IMG/VR virus record: IMGVR_UViG_3300020380_000001
Span: 124,001 to 188,000 of that record
DNA: 64,000 nucleotides
Strand: one strand, 5' to 3'
The notes beneath the pieces are model-generated. The model saw nothing but the letters and a program-made list of their open reading frames with translations. It had not been told where the DNA came from and ran no database searches. This document shows positions 48,458 through 57,320 of the stretch, piece by piece; the stretch's first letter is position 1, and the number at the start of each line of letters is the position of its first letter. A program made the position numbers and the translations under genes.

Positions 48458-48941
48458 CGACTGCTGACTTTATCAGTTCTGCCTCGCCGCTTGCGACGAT
48501 GTCAAATTCAGCTTGCGCTTTCTTGAATGCTCGTTGCTTTTTCTCTTTGAGTGCGGTTATTTCGTCGGCATACGCATTAATAAAGTGCGCTTTGCCTTCC
48601 GGGTTTAGTAAGTTCCATAAGTAGAAAACTGACACGAAATCGTTATACGGGTTGTCAAGCTTGGCACGCAATACTTGTACTGAATTAAAGTACTCAACCC
48701 CACGAAGTTCGCGCGGGTATGCGCCACTTATTTCGATATTGTATTCTTTATTTTCGTGACGAGTCCAGCCATTACTTTTGCCAAGAAAATCGCCCTCGAC
48801 TTCAGTGAATTCAATATCAAAGTATGACATGAATGTTTTCATTTCAATGCGTGCTGGTTTCTTGAAGTTGATTGTATTTCTATCAACGGCCGCGGCAATG
48901 GTTTCAATACCAGGCGACAGGATAAAAGCTTCTTTCATCAC
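48444..48941 (-). CDS. hypothetical protein
   Basis: 165 aa. Confidence 0.75.
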   Translation of the reverse strand: MMKEAFILSPGIETIAAAVDRNTINFKKPARIEMKTFMSYFDIEFTEVEGDFLGKSNGWTRHENKEYNIEISGAYPRELRGVEYFNSVQVLRAKLDNPYNDFVSVFYLWNLLNPEGKAHFINAYADEITALKEKKQRAFKKAQAEFDIVASGEAELIKSAVGESK

Positions 48942-48955
48942 TTACTCAATAAGGT

Positions 48956-49032
48956 TGGAGCACACTGCGGGATTCGAACCCGCGTAATCTGGATTTGCAA
49001 TCCAGTGCCTATATCCACTCGGCCAAGCGTGC
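48956..49032 (-). tRNA. tRNA-Cys(GCA)
   Basis: Full cloverleaf, CTGGA-TTGCAAA-TCCAG, U73, encoded CCA. Confidence 0.95.
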
Positions 49033-49039
49033 TTTATAT

Positions 49040-49279
49040 TTAAGAACAAGAAGTTGCAACAAGCGCAACGGCGTCAACTAGTGCAAGAATTTCATTTTCA
49101 GTTTTGTTTTCTAAACTCTCAAAACATATGTCCATTGACGTACAATCAACGAACTGGAGTTCGAACGAGTCAGTCATTGTCGGAATTACGCCGACGTGAA
49201 ACATAATCGGTGCCTTGTCGCGAATACGTGCAGACAATTCGTTAAAGAATTCTTTTGAAATAATCTTCTTGTTTGTCAT
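49040..49279 (-). CDS. hypothetical protein
   Basis: 79 aa. Confidence 0.65.
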   Translation of the reverse strand: MTNKKIISKEFFNELSARIRDKAPIMFHVGVIPTMTDSFELQFVDCTSMDICFESLENKTENEILALVDAVALVATSCS

Positions 49280-49287
49280 CTTTTTTC

Positions 49288-49866
49288 CTAGTATGTACTT
49301 ACGTCTTGTGCGAACTCGTCGCCAAATCCAACCAATAACTCAGTCATGTTTTGGCAATCAAGGTAGTTGGCAGCGTGCACATCTGCAAAAACAGCAACGT
49401 CACCGCGCTCGCGGGGCTCTAGCATTTCTGTCGATCTAGCTAAAGTTTCGACGTCCATTTCATAATGTGATTTGATGTACGCACCGTTTACAATGCTACC
49501 CAGACGCTGTCCATCTGCGTTGCCGCCATATACCATGAATTCTTCCACGATATAGTTACCAATTGGCATTGAGAATGATTCACTGTCAATCACTGCGATA
49601 CGGTATTCACCGATTTCGCACACTAACACACCTTCAAGCCCAGTAGCACCTTCGTGCTTTACTAGATCAGGCGTTTTAAGCATAGATATAACTTCGTCTA
49701 TGTGTTCTTGACCTTTGCATAGTGCAAGGCTTGTGCCGTCAGAGCCGCTAATATCGAGTTCAATACAAGCCGGTGGTGTTACGCTTGATTGGCAGTAAAA
49801 TGTACCTTCGAGGTTAAGTTTACTGCCCGGGTAGTGGATTTCTACCTTGTGCGGTACGAGTTCCAT
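49288..49866 (-). CDS. hypothetical protein
   Basis: 192 aa, SD GGAG. Confidence 0.75.
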   Translation of the reverse strand: MELVPHKVEIHYPGSKLNLEGTFYCQSSVTPPACIELDISGSDGTSLALCKGQEHIDEVISMLKTPDLVKHEGATGLEGVLVCEIGEYRIAVIDSESFSMPIGNYIVEEFMVYGGNADGQRLGSIVNGAYIKSHYEMDVETLARSTEMLEPRERGDVAVFADVHAANYLDCQNMTELLVGFGDEFAQDVSTY

Positions 49867-49956
49867 GATCGTTCTCCGTTACGTAAAGTCCAATTACTCT
49901 ACTTCGTGCATTATAACACCGGATCCAAATCAGTCAACTGTTTTGTGAAAAATGAT

Positions 49957-50100
49957 TTATTTCTTTTTCTTCTTGTCTTTTTTGGCTGGTGTTGCTTTTT
50001 CTTCAACTTTTACTTTAGGTACGCTAACTGCTTGAGGTTCAATGTTATTTGCAAACACTGATTCTATTAGTTCAACAAACCATATTCCGTTTTTTCCCAT
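49957..50100 (-). CDS. small Lys-rich peptide (47 aa)
   Basis: SD GGAGG; MGKNGIWFVEL...KKDKKKKK. Confidence 0.55.
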   Translation of the reverse strand: MGKNGIWFVELIESVFANNIEPQAVSVPKVKVEEKATPAKKDKKKKK

Positions 50101-50238
50101 ATATCCTCCGTTATTATGATGATGGTGACCCTAGTGAAAATTAAACAAGCTTGATGGCGAGGTTAGATTCAGAAGGAGACGGTCTTATAAGTATATACTA
50201 GAAAATTTCATTAATTACCGGCATGCGGTGTAAAGAAG

Positions 50239-50359
50239 TGGTAGGGAGTGCAGGACTCGAACCTGCGACCAACGGCTTATCAGGCAAAAAGGATATGCTG
50301 TTAGAATACTAATACAGTATTCATTTTTACGTTGCTCTACCCAACTGAGCTAACTCCCT
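50239..50359 (-). tRNA. tRNA-Ile(GAT) interrupted by a 44-nt insert (50286-50329) between positions 29 and 30
   Basis: Removing the insert gives a perfect 77-nt cloverleaf: AGGGAGT/ACTCCCT, GCTC/GAGC, ACGGC-CTGATAA-GCCGT, GCAGG-TTCGAGT-CCTGC, ACCA. Confidence 0.85.
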
Positions 50360-50570
50360 AGAAGTTTCTAATGAACTGTCTTAAGTCTTTGACACCTCCA
50401 CATCCGAGTATTATTAACCCACCTAGTGGCAACATGCTAAAAATACCTGCGAGTGCGTTAAACGCGAAGCAGTATATGATGGCCATTACTAAACCAATAT
50501 TAAGGGTTAGTATACCAGCCATCAAAAGCATTGCACAAAAACGGGCTAATGTTTTAAATGTTGTTTCCAT
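50358..50570 (-). CDS. membrane protein
   Basis: 70 aa, two TM segments. Confidence 0.7.
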   Translation of the reverse strand: METTFKTLARFCAMLLMAGILTLNIGLVMAIIYCFAFNALAGIFSMLPLGGLIILGCGGVKDLRQFIRNF

Positions 50571-50591
50571 TTTCTTAGTATGAACCCAAGT

Positions 50592-50867
50592 TTACTTTTT
50601 GTCAAGGAATTTTTTAAAATCGCTGTAAATTTCTATACCGGCTTCATCAACTTCTGATTGTGTCAAAAACGCCGAGTCCGAGTACAATGTGCCGTCGCGT
50701 TTAATGAAGTAAAACCGATCATCGACTTTGCCCAACACAGCACCCCGTTCCAAAAGTCCAGGCACCATATCAATCAAAGAGTCTGCGCCAAACACGGTGC
50801 CCTTAAACAATTCAGCATCAGGCACTACACCAATCAAAACGCTGGTAACATCATCTATTGTTGCCAT
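50592..50867 (-). CDS. hypothetical protein
   Basis: 91 aa, SD GAGG. Confidence 0.7.
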   Translation of the reverse strand: MATIDDVTSVLIGVVPDAELFKGTVFGADSLIDMVPGLLERGAVLGKVDDRFYFIKRDGTLYSDSAFLTQSEVDEAGIEIYSDFKKFLDKK

Positions 50868-50868
50868 G

Positions 50869-51216
50869 TTAACCTCGCTTACATTTAACGGGTAGCGTTA
50901 AATAATTCCCTGTATCGAACTCTGCGATGCGCATGAGGAACTTGCGCTCCGCGATGATGCCGCGCTTTTTGCCTTTGACGGAAAGTTGGCAGCGATAGTG
51001 ACCATCCCAGAGTTTGCGTTGGAGTTTCTTTAGTTCGCCGGACTTGATTGAGTACACTTCTTCGCGCTCAATAGAAACATAGTAACCTGGCGCTTTTGCT
51101 ATTGGGTATAGTAGATCTGATTTGTCTAATTCGACGGCATCACGGGGCGGGGATAAATGTTGCTCGTTAAGCCGGTCTAGCGCCGCTAGTACAGCTTCTT
51201 TAATTCTTTTAATCAT
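50869..51216 (-). CDS. NUMOD4-like (homing-endonuclease-associated) basic protein
   Basis: YPIAKAPGYYVS...VYSIKSG..LKK...GHYRCQL pattern; no HNH motif seen. Confidence 0.45.
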   Translation of the reverse strand: MIKRIKEAVLAALDRLNEQHLSPPRDAVELDKSDLLYPIAKAPGYYVSIEREEVYSIKSGELKKLQRKLWDGHYRCQLSVKGKKRGIIAERKFLMRIAEFDTGNYLTLPVKCKRG

Positions 51217-51235
51217 AGTAACCTCAAGTTAAGGT

Positions 51236-51340
51236 TGCCGGGCCAAGGAATCAAACCTCGTTCGGGTGCGTACTTGCGAAGTTTGCTGCGACAAATCTAA
51301 TACAGACTTGATGGAGTTCCCTCAGAATCATTCACCCGGC
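51236..51340 (-). ncRNA. tRNA-like gene carrying a variant of the 27-nt core
   Basis: GCCGGGT/GCCCGGC acceptor, CGAGG-TTTGATT-CCTTG T arm; CAAGTC-TGTATTA-GATTTG-TCGCAGCA at 51284-51310. Confidence 0.6.
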
Positions 51341-51384
51341 ATAATAGGTACGTAAAAGTTAGCACCTATTTGATTAAAAGTCTA

Positions 51385-51855
51385 CTAGTTTCCTGGATGT
51401 CTACGATGCCATTCACGCTCTTGTTCAGCTTCAGCGTCATCTTGCCATTGCTGTTTTTCGTCACTAGTTGCTTCAAACTCAATCTCGGAGCCGTTCACAT
51501 CATATGTAACTTTGTCGAAATACTTCTCGTTTGCGTCGAAGAATTCCTGAACGTGATCCGGGCTTGCCGCGTGCTTTGCCTCGCTAGCAAGTCGTTGGAT
51601 TTCTTTGTCAGTGATGTAGTCGTTTGGTCCAAACGAATCAGAGTTGGCGATTTCACGATCCATATAAATCTCAACTGGATCCTTGGTGCCTGCCATCTTA
51701 TTGAGATAACGCAGAATGGCTACTAGTAGTTCAGCCACTGCCATGTTTTGACACAGGTAAAATTGATCGTCTACGCTGTGGTCAATAACTAGAGCAAGGT
51801 CTACGTTTAAAGAGCTCTCCATGAGCTTTGCTGATTTGGTGATTTTATCAAACAT
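51385..51855 (-). CDS. acidic late protein (candidate internal head protein)
   Basis: TAAATA at 51892; leader MFDKITKSAKLMES. Confidence 0.7.
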   Translation of the reverse strand: MFDKITKSAKLMESSLNVDLALVIDHSVDDQFYLCQNMAVAELLVAILRYLNKMAGTKDPVEIYMDREIANSDSFGPNDYITDKEIQRLASEAKHAASPDHVQEFFDANEKYFDKVTYDVNGSEIEFEATSDEKQQWQDDAEAEQEREWHRRHPGN

Positions 51856-51930
51856 TATGAATTACGCCTTGTCGTTGTGTTTTAACGTGTGTATTTAGCA
51901 CTCATTAAAACACAACGTCAAGATCTTTAA

Positions 51931-52875
51931 TCATCGTTTCGATTTCTTTTTAGGTTTTGGTTTATATGTAGGCTTTGGTTTCGGCTTATACTTTGGTTTC
52001 GGCGCGTAAGTCGATTTCGGCTTTGGTGTAAAAGAACTTGTGCTGGCCTTAGGAACCGGCTTACGGGTAGTTATTGTCTGATTAGCTTTAGGCGTCTGGG
52101 TAGTGGTAGACGATGCTGCCTTGGCATTAGCGTTAGCCGCAGCGCGGTTTTTCTTACAGGTCGTAGTCGTGCAGTTATTCCACGCGCTGTCTTTGTTGCC
52201 CGTCTTCTTGCTACCCCATCCACCTTGCGCTACTGAGCTCGATTGTGTTTTGGGCTTCGTGTCGGTTGTCTTTGGCTTTGATTTGATCTTAGACGACACT
52301 GTCTGTTTAGTTTCGGTATACTTGCGCTTGCGCACATTATACATGGCATCGCTTGACGACTTACGTCTACGATAGTCAGCCTCTGAGATTGACTTACCGT
52401 CCGACGACGTGTAGTTATTAACAGTGACGTTTGTAGTGCGCCATCCGCCTGGGTTAGAACTTTCCCAGCTGTTACGGGTTAATGCATATGCCGCTGATGC
52501 TGCTAGTACGCCGGTTGCTATTTGATACGACACGTAGTTTCTAGACTGCTGGGCATAGATGCTATTAGGGTCATGCCATTCCCAGTTACCAAACGCGTTC
52601 CAGTGGCCGTACTGCAAATTACCGCGGTAATCAACATAAGCGCCCGGCGCTACGGGGCGGTTGTAATACGCCATTCTTTCTTCATGTCTGGATTTGTTTA
52701 GTTGCTCATAGTAGCCTGACTCAATTCTTGCCAGCTCTAATTCATGCTGACGAGCGCGGCGTAACTCTTTTTCTTCAGCTGTTTCGCAACCACTTAAGCT
52801 GCTACCAACCAATACAATACACAGTGCCACTACCACGGTGGTTATTGTATTCCTTACCGATTTACTGATTTTCAT
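51931..52875 (-). CDS. lipoprotein with Lys/Ser/Thr/Pro-rich disordered tail
   Basis: Signal peptide with LSGC lipobox; KPK repeats at C-terminus. Confidence 0.8.
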   Translation of the reverse strand: MKISKSVRNTITTVVVALCIVLVGSSLSGCETAEEKELRRARQHELELARIESGYYEQLNKSRHEERMAYYNRPVAPGAYVDYRGNLQYGHWNAFGNWEWHDPNSIYAQQSRNYVSYQIATGVLAASAAYALTRNSWESSNPGGWRTTNVTVNNYTSSDGKSISEADYRRRKSSSDAMYNVRKRKYTETKQTVSSKIKSKPKTTDTKPKTQSSSVAQGGWGSKKTGNKDSAWNNCTTTTCKKNRAAANANAKAASSTTTQTPKANQTITTRKPVPKASTSSFTPKPKSTYAPKPKYKPKPKPTYKPKPKKKSKR

Positions 52876-52894
52876 GCTCTTTCCTTATGTGGTG

Positions 52895-52912
52895 AATGGG
52901 GCCGAAGCCCCA
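52895..52912 (-). terminator. GC hairpin (probable terminator)
   Basis: GGGGC-TTCG-GCCCC between SPFH gene and lipoprotein. Confidence 0.45.
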
Positions 52913-52927
52913 AACGGTTTGATTACA

Positions 52928-54913
52928 TTACTCGCCTTTCTTATCCGTAGATAGGAACTGTGCAATGTTGTTGGTCGTGCCAAGTAATGTGGCTGCCGCT
53001 GTGGTACTTTCGCCACCGTCGCCGCCTACAAATACAGTAGCAGTTTTAACCATTTCTGGGTTCTTAACAGCACCGTCTACAGCCATTTTAAATAACACCT
53101 GCTCTTGTACTTTCTCTTCACCCATTACAGCTACTAGCTCGCGCTGACCTTTCGCAGCTTCAATATCACGGTCACGCATACCCTCACCCTCTTTCTTAAG
53201 TTCATAAGCGCGGGCATCAGCTAGCTTTTCACGTTCGGACTTGATCTTGTCAGCCGCTTGGTCACGTAGTTCAGCAGTAACAACAATCTTCTGATTTTCT
53301 GCTTCTACACGGGCTGCCTCTGAGTCTTTACGTTGCTCGTAGGTAGCTTGCTCTTCCTTAAACGTGTTTTGTAACTGTCGAGCATAGTTAGCACGCATAC
53401 GCGGGATAAGAGACTCAACTGGTAAGTTAGGATGACCCATAGTCTGGATGTTAATTCCCAGACCGTAGTCAGAAACAAACTCGTTAAGTGCTGTAATGCT
53501 TTCCGATTCAATCTCTGCGCGGTTGTTGATCAAGTCAAATAAACGTCGACTTTCGTCAACACATTCTTGATCCTTATACGTGCCCGCAGCGTACTTGAGC
53601 TTTTTGCCTTCGTACACATCGTTTTCGTACACAGCACAGCGCATGATATCCTGGCCTTGTGCTGCAATACGGAACGTACTTTCAATTGGGTTTTTAAGGA
53701 ACTGCTCCACAGCGTGTAAGCCTGTGTTTCTGTCTTGCACGAAGTCACCGATTGTTGCAACTACCAGAGGCGCGTCAACAACTTGGTATTTCGTTTTCAA
53801 ATCAATAGGCACTGTCCAGCCTTCTACCACTACATCAATGGCTTCGCCTTCCGCGTTAGCTGGTTTAGTGATAGTGTCAGATCCAATGATGTTTTTGATC
53901 TTACCGTCATCTTCCATTTCAAACGATACGGTTTTCTTAACGTATCCGCCGAAACGGTCAAAGTCTTGCTGGCGAGTAGGTACGTGGGTAATCGTATACA
54001 CTTTAGGGTGGAAACGATACGTTTTAGGCTCAAGGTGTTCGTTCCATACGCCAGCACAGCCCTTAGGCACTAAGTAAGTAACCGCACCATTAAACGAACG
54101 TACTTCTCTACGATTATCATTACAAAATTCACTAGGCAAGTCGTCTGTAGCTGAACGCACAACGCCTACTTCACCAGTTCTAATGTCTTCCGCAGGGTAG
54201 TTTTTAAAGCTGTATAGGATTTTGTTTGCCATGATCACACCGCCTGTTACTAGCGTTGACTGATCACCGCGGTAACCAAGCTTGTTGCCGTTGCTGTCAG
54301 TTTTAGATAGGAATGTCGCAGCATCAAGGAATTCGTTTTGGTCCTGCCATTTTGGCGCAAGGATCATGTCGTCTGACATTGGACGGCCATCACGTGTATT
54401 CACGATAGCGAAGTGGTTCGCAGGAATGCTGTGAGGCTTAGTCAAGTCAATTTCAGTACCGTTGATCTCAATCTCGTCTAGCTCTGTATACAAGACATCA
54501 ATTAACGGGAACCATTTAAAACCAGGTGTGAATACTGTCGCTTGTGGGCCTTTCATGCCACCGAACGGGTTCGCTGTCATTGGCTTAGTTGCAACATAGT
54601 GTCCAACTGGGAGTGGTTCACCACCGTATACACGAGAGAAGTGTTTGATTTCACCGTCACTAACGTATACTGAGTTGAGGTCAACCATCAACACAATTAC
54701 CAACACCGTCGCGATTACTGCCGGAAACTTGGAAACGACACGAACAATGCTCTTAGCTACTTTTGCATGGGGCGATTCGTTTCGTCTACCGTACTGATCT
54801 TGTTGCGATGAATGTTGCTCTGATTGTTTTTGAAGTTTTTCTCGCTTCTTGCGCGTCAGTGCGAAATACACGAGATAGATTATTCCTACGAGTAGGAGTA
54901 GTAACTTGAACAT
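52928..54913 (-). CDS. SPFH/band-7 (flotillin-like) membrane protein
   Basis: N-terminal TM segments, repeated beta region (GEVGVVRS, GVWNEHLEPKTYRFHP), SPFH-like core and C-terminal coiled coil. Confidence 0.75.
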   Translation of the reverse strand: MFKLLLLLVGIIYLVYFALTRKKREKLQKQSEQHSSQQDQYGRRNESPHAKVAKSIVRVVSKFPAVIATVLVIVLMVDLNSVYVSDGEIKHFSRVYGGEPLPVGHYVATKPMTANPFGGMKGPQATVFTPGFKWFPLIDVLYTELDEIEINGTEIDLTKPHSIPANHFAIVNTRDGRPMSDDMILAPKWQDQNEFLDAATFLSKTDSNGNKLGYRGDQSTLVTGGVIMANKILYSFKNYPAEDIRTGEVGVVRSATDDLPSEFCNDNRREVRSFNGAVTYLVPKGCAGVWNEHLEPKTYRFHPKVYTITHVPTRQQDFDRFGGYVKKTVSFEMEDDGKIKNIIGSDTITKPANAEGEAIDVVVEGWTVPIDLKTKYQVVDAPLVVATIGDFVQDRNTGLHAVEQFLKNPIESTFRIAAQGQDIMRCAVYENDVYEGKKLKYAAGTYKDQECVDESRRLFDLINNRAEIESESITALNEFVSDYGLGINIQTMGHPNLPVESLIPRMRANYARQLQNTFKEEQATYEQRKDSEAARVEAENQKIVVTAELRDQAADKIKSEREKLADARAYELKKEGEGMRDRDIEAAKGQRELVAVMGEEKVQEQVLFKMAVDGAVKNPEMVKTATVFVGGDGGESTTAAATLLGTTNNIAQFLSTDKKGE

Positions 54914-55003
54914 ATATGCTCCTTGTGTGTGTATGAGTATGTTCGGTTAGGTTTTACATTATAGTCATTTAGGCATTCTGTCTAGATAACTATGAATTTT
55001 TTA

Positions 55004-55270
55004 TTAATACGAACGTCGCTGGCCGGCTCTTATTTGTGAATATCCTGACTTGGACTTTACTTCGCCAATAGCATCAACACAATGGTTTATTGACTTGTCA
55101 AGGCTGCGGCCTAGTTCATCCAACTCTTCGTAGTCGCCGAGTTTGGGCTCGTGTATCTTGTTAAATCTTTCTTTAATGCGTGTGAGGTCTCTGTGGATAG
55201 ACTCCAGTACGCCCAAGTCGCCTGGAGATTCTAAAAGTAGTGCTATTTGTTTGAAATCTTGATTTTTCAT
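55004..55270 (-). CDS. late protein (candidate internal head protein)
   Basis: TAAATA at 55293; leader MKNQDFKQIALLLES. Confidence 0.7.
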   Translation of the reverse strand: MKNQDFKQIALLLESPGDLGVLESIHRDLTRIKERFNKIHEPKLGDYEELDELGRSLDKSINHCVDAIGEVKSKSGYSQIRAGQRRSY

Positions 55271-55328
55271 TTGTTATCCTCAATTGGCACAGTATTTAAT
55301 TAACTGCGCACGGATAACACCATATCAA

Positions 55329-55613
55329 TTACCAATCAATATGTAAGTCAAGCATTTCGCTGTATACGAAACCGTCTTCTTCGTCATACGAATCGTTAAG
55401 CTCAGAAGTATACAAATTAATTTCTTCTTCTTCGAAGCCAGCACGCTTCATGACATCAGCAATTGCGTCAATCGCTTCTTGCTTATTTTTGCACTCAACA
55501 AAGCCGTCTTCAACTGATAAAATCATTTCAAGATCATAGCTACCATCGTTTGGCAGGTCTAAAATAATAGCGTCAGTGGCGTCAATAATTTTAAACGTAT
55601 TCGGTTGTGCCAT
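55329..55613 (-). CDS. acidic hypothetical protein
   Basis: 94 aa; early promoter upstream. Confidence 0.75.
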   Translation of the reverse strand: MAQPNTFKIIDATDAIILDLPNDGSYDLEMILSVEDGFVECKNKQEAIDAIADVMKRAGFEEEEINLYTSELNDSYDEEDGFVYSEMLDLHIDW

Positions 55614-55646
55614 AATTTCTTGCCTTGTTTTGTTAAGTTCGTATAC

Positions 55647-55674
55647 ATTATAGCGTTTTGAAGTTCAATGTCAA
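55647..55674 (-). promoter_or_regulatory. early sigma70 promoter with UP element
   Basis: TTGACA-16-TATAAT, A/T tract upstream. Confidence 0.75.
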
Positions 55675-55754
55675 CATCTATTTGAAAATAATTTCAAAAA
55701 TAGATACAAAAAGAGCCCTGTTATTAACAGAGCTCAGCGTAACACGAAGTTATA

Positions 55755-55946
55755 TCACGCAAGTGTTATGACGTTACCTTTACGGACTGCTAGGCCTTCG
55801 TCCAAAACACGATGCACCCAGCGTATTGCTGTTTTTTCAGTGCAACCAAACTTCGCGCTAACTAGGCCACGTACTTGCCAGTCAAAAGCCGCAAACTCGG
55901 TTTCTGACAAAAACTTCGCTACAGCTTGTGGATTAAATTTAGCCAT
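55755..55946 (-). CDS. small winged-HTH-like protein
   Basis: True start ATG 55946 (SD AGGTG); promoter at about 55977-56006; terminator GAGCTCTG/CAGGGCTC-TTTT follows. Confidence 0.6.
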   Translation of the reverse strand: MAKFNPQAVAKFLSETEFAAFDWQVRGLVSAKFGCTEKTAIRWVHRVLDEGLAVRKGNVITLA

Positions 55947-56017
55947 TTTGACACCTTGTGTTGTTAAGTTCACATACATTATAGCAAGGCGAATATCAAA
56001 CACAAGGCCTGTTTGGA

Positions 56018-56257
56018 TTATTTCTTCTGCATATATTTGTATATCGCAGCGCACTTGCCGAGCACTTCTTCTATTTGGTTATCGAGTTCAACCAAAGCGC
56101 GATCAAGGTTAGGGTCTGCAAGGTCGGGCATGTCGTTTTCAAGCTTTTGTTTGGCCGCTTTGATAGACATGTAGGCGTTTCGAATTGGCGCGGTGGCCTT
56201 GGTTACTGCTGTCGTAGTGTTTGGTGACGAGCGTTCAGTAATACTGCTAATTTTCAT
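56018..56257 (-). CDS. late protein (candidate internal head protein)
   Basis: ATG 56257 with SD GGAG; TAAATA at 56282; leader MKISSITE. Confidence 0.65.
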   Translation of the reverse strand: MKISSITERSSPNTTTAVTKATAPIRNAYMSIKAAKQKLENDMPDLADPNLDRALVELDNQIEEVLGKCAAIYKYMQKK

Positions 56258-56301
56258 GGGGTACTCCAATCTTATGTGCAGTATTTAGCCCCCGGCTCGT
56301 A

Positions 56302-56493
56302 TTACCAGACAAATCGCACGCCAGGCACAAGGGTAGGCTCTAGCGCGTCAGTGTCATCATTTGCATCTTGTTCAGCGGCAGTGATATAAGCGTCAACCAC
56401 CTCTAAGTCAACGCCGTTGCCTAGCATTTCAATTGCTAGAGTATCAAGAGCTTCTTGCTTTGTTTTGAATTTACGTTCTTTCATAATCTTCAC
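56302..56493 (-). CDS. hypothetical protein
   Basis: 63 aa. Confidence 0.65.
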   Translation of the reverse strand: MKIMKERKFKTKQEALDTLAIEMLGNGVDLEVVDAYITAAEQDANDDTDALEPTLVPGVRFVW

Positions 56494-56552
56494 CTTTCTT
56501 TTTTAGTTACGTGAAGAATATAACACCTATCAAACAGGCAATCAAGATGATT

Positions 56553-56993
56553 TTAAAAATAATAAGACTCGTCGTCTTCGCGATAGTTTTTAAGACCAGG
56601 AAGTATTTTGCCGTCGTTATAGTTCTCAGTGATTTCCTTTTTATGACCCATAGCACCAGCACAATAGAAACTATCATCAACACATAATAGGAAATTGTTA
56701 AGGAAGAACGGCTTCAGCACACGGTCACCGTTGTGCCACTGCTGAGTTTCAATGTACCCGGCGCTTTCAAGGTGACTGCGCAGTGTCTGGAATGCAGGGT
56801 GGTAGTCAAATGACACGGTTCCGAATGATGCTTGTTTTGAATCATAATACTTTATGCCAGAAAAGACATCACACAAGTATTCCGGCTTAATGAAATAATA
56901 AGGCGGACAGTCTAAATCAAGCTCAAGCTGATAATATACGCCCTGACTTACAGCAATATCGTGAATTAAACCTATTGAGACGGCGCCGAACAT
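56553..56993 (-). CDS. hypothetical protein
   Basis: 146 aa. Confidence 0.7.
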   Translation of the reverse strand: MFGAVSIGLIHDIAVSQGVYYQLELDLDCPPYYFIKPEYLCDVFSGIKYYDSKQASFGTVSFDYHPAFQTLRSHLESAGYIETQQWHNGDRVLKPFFLNNFLLCVDDSFYCAGAMGHKKEITENYNDGKILPGLKNYREDDESYYF

Positions 56994-57298
56994 TCTTCTA
57001 CCCCGGATACTAAATCTAGCATTGCAGCAAGGAACCTTTCAACATCACACAAGTGCCACATATTGATATCGACATTTGCGGTGTACATGTTCTGTCCTGC
57101 GAATACCCATTTCTCAGACACCATGTTGTCTATTTTGCTTATGTTTTGTTTATTGGTTGTAACTGAAAGCGAGCCACTAGACGTGACGTTTATGATAACA
57201 GAGTTTTCGTACAAACGAGATATTACAGTTTCGCCCTGTGGGTCAGGATAAAAGAATTCTCCCAGATAAATAGGACGGATGAGGTTTGCTACGAGCAT
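56972..57298 (-). CDS. hypothetical protein
   Basis: 108 aa, SD AAGGG. Confidence 0.65.
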   Translation of the reverse strand: MLVANLIRPIYLGEFFYPDPQGETVISRLYENSVIINVTSSGSLSVTTNKQNISKIDNMVSEKWVFAGQNMYTANVDINMWHLCDVERFLAAMLDLVSGVEECSAPSQ

Positions 57299-57320
57299 AA
57301 ATCCCTTCTTGTTATAATAG

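Noticed and set aside
50286-50329. preQ1-I riboswitch or archaeal BHB intron as identity of the insert
   Set aside because: It lacks the preQ1-I loop consensus and long A-rich tail, and the splice junctions are not staggered around a 4-bp helix with 3-nt bulges
50869-51216. Active HNH homing endonuclease
   Set aside because: Only a NUMOD4-like N-terminal resemblance; no HNH catalytic motif
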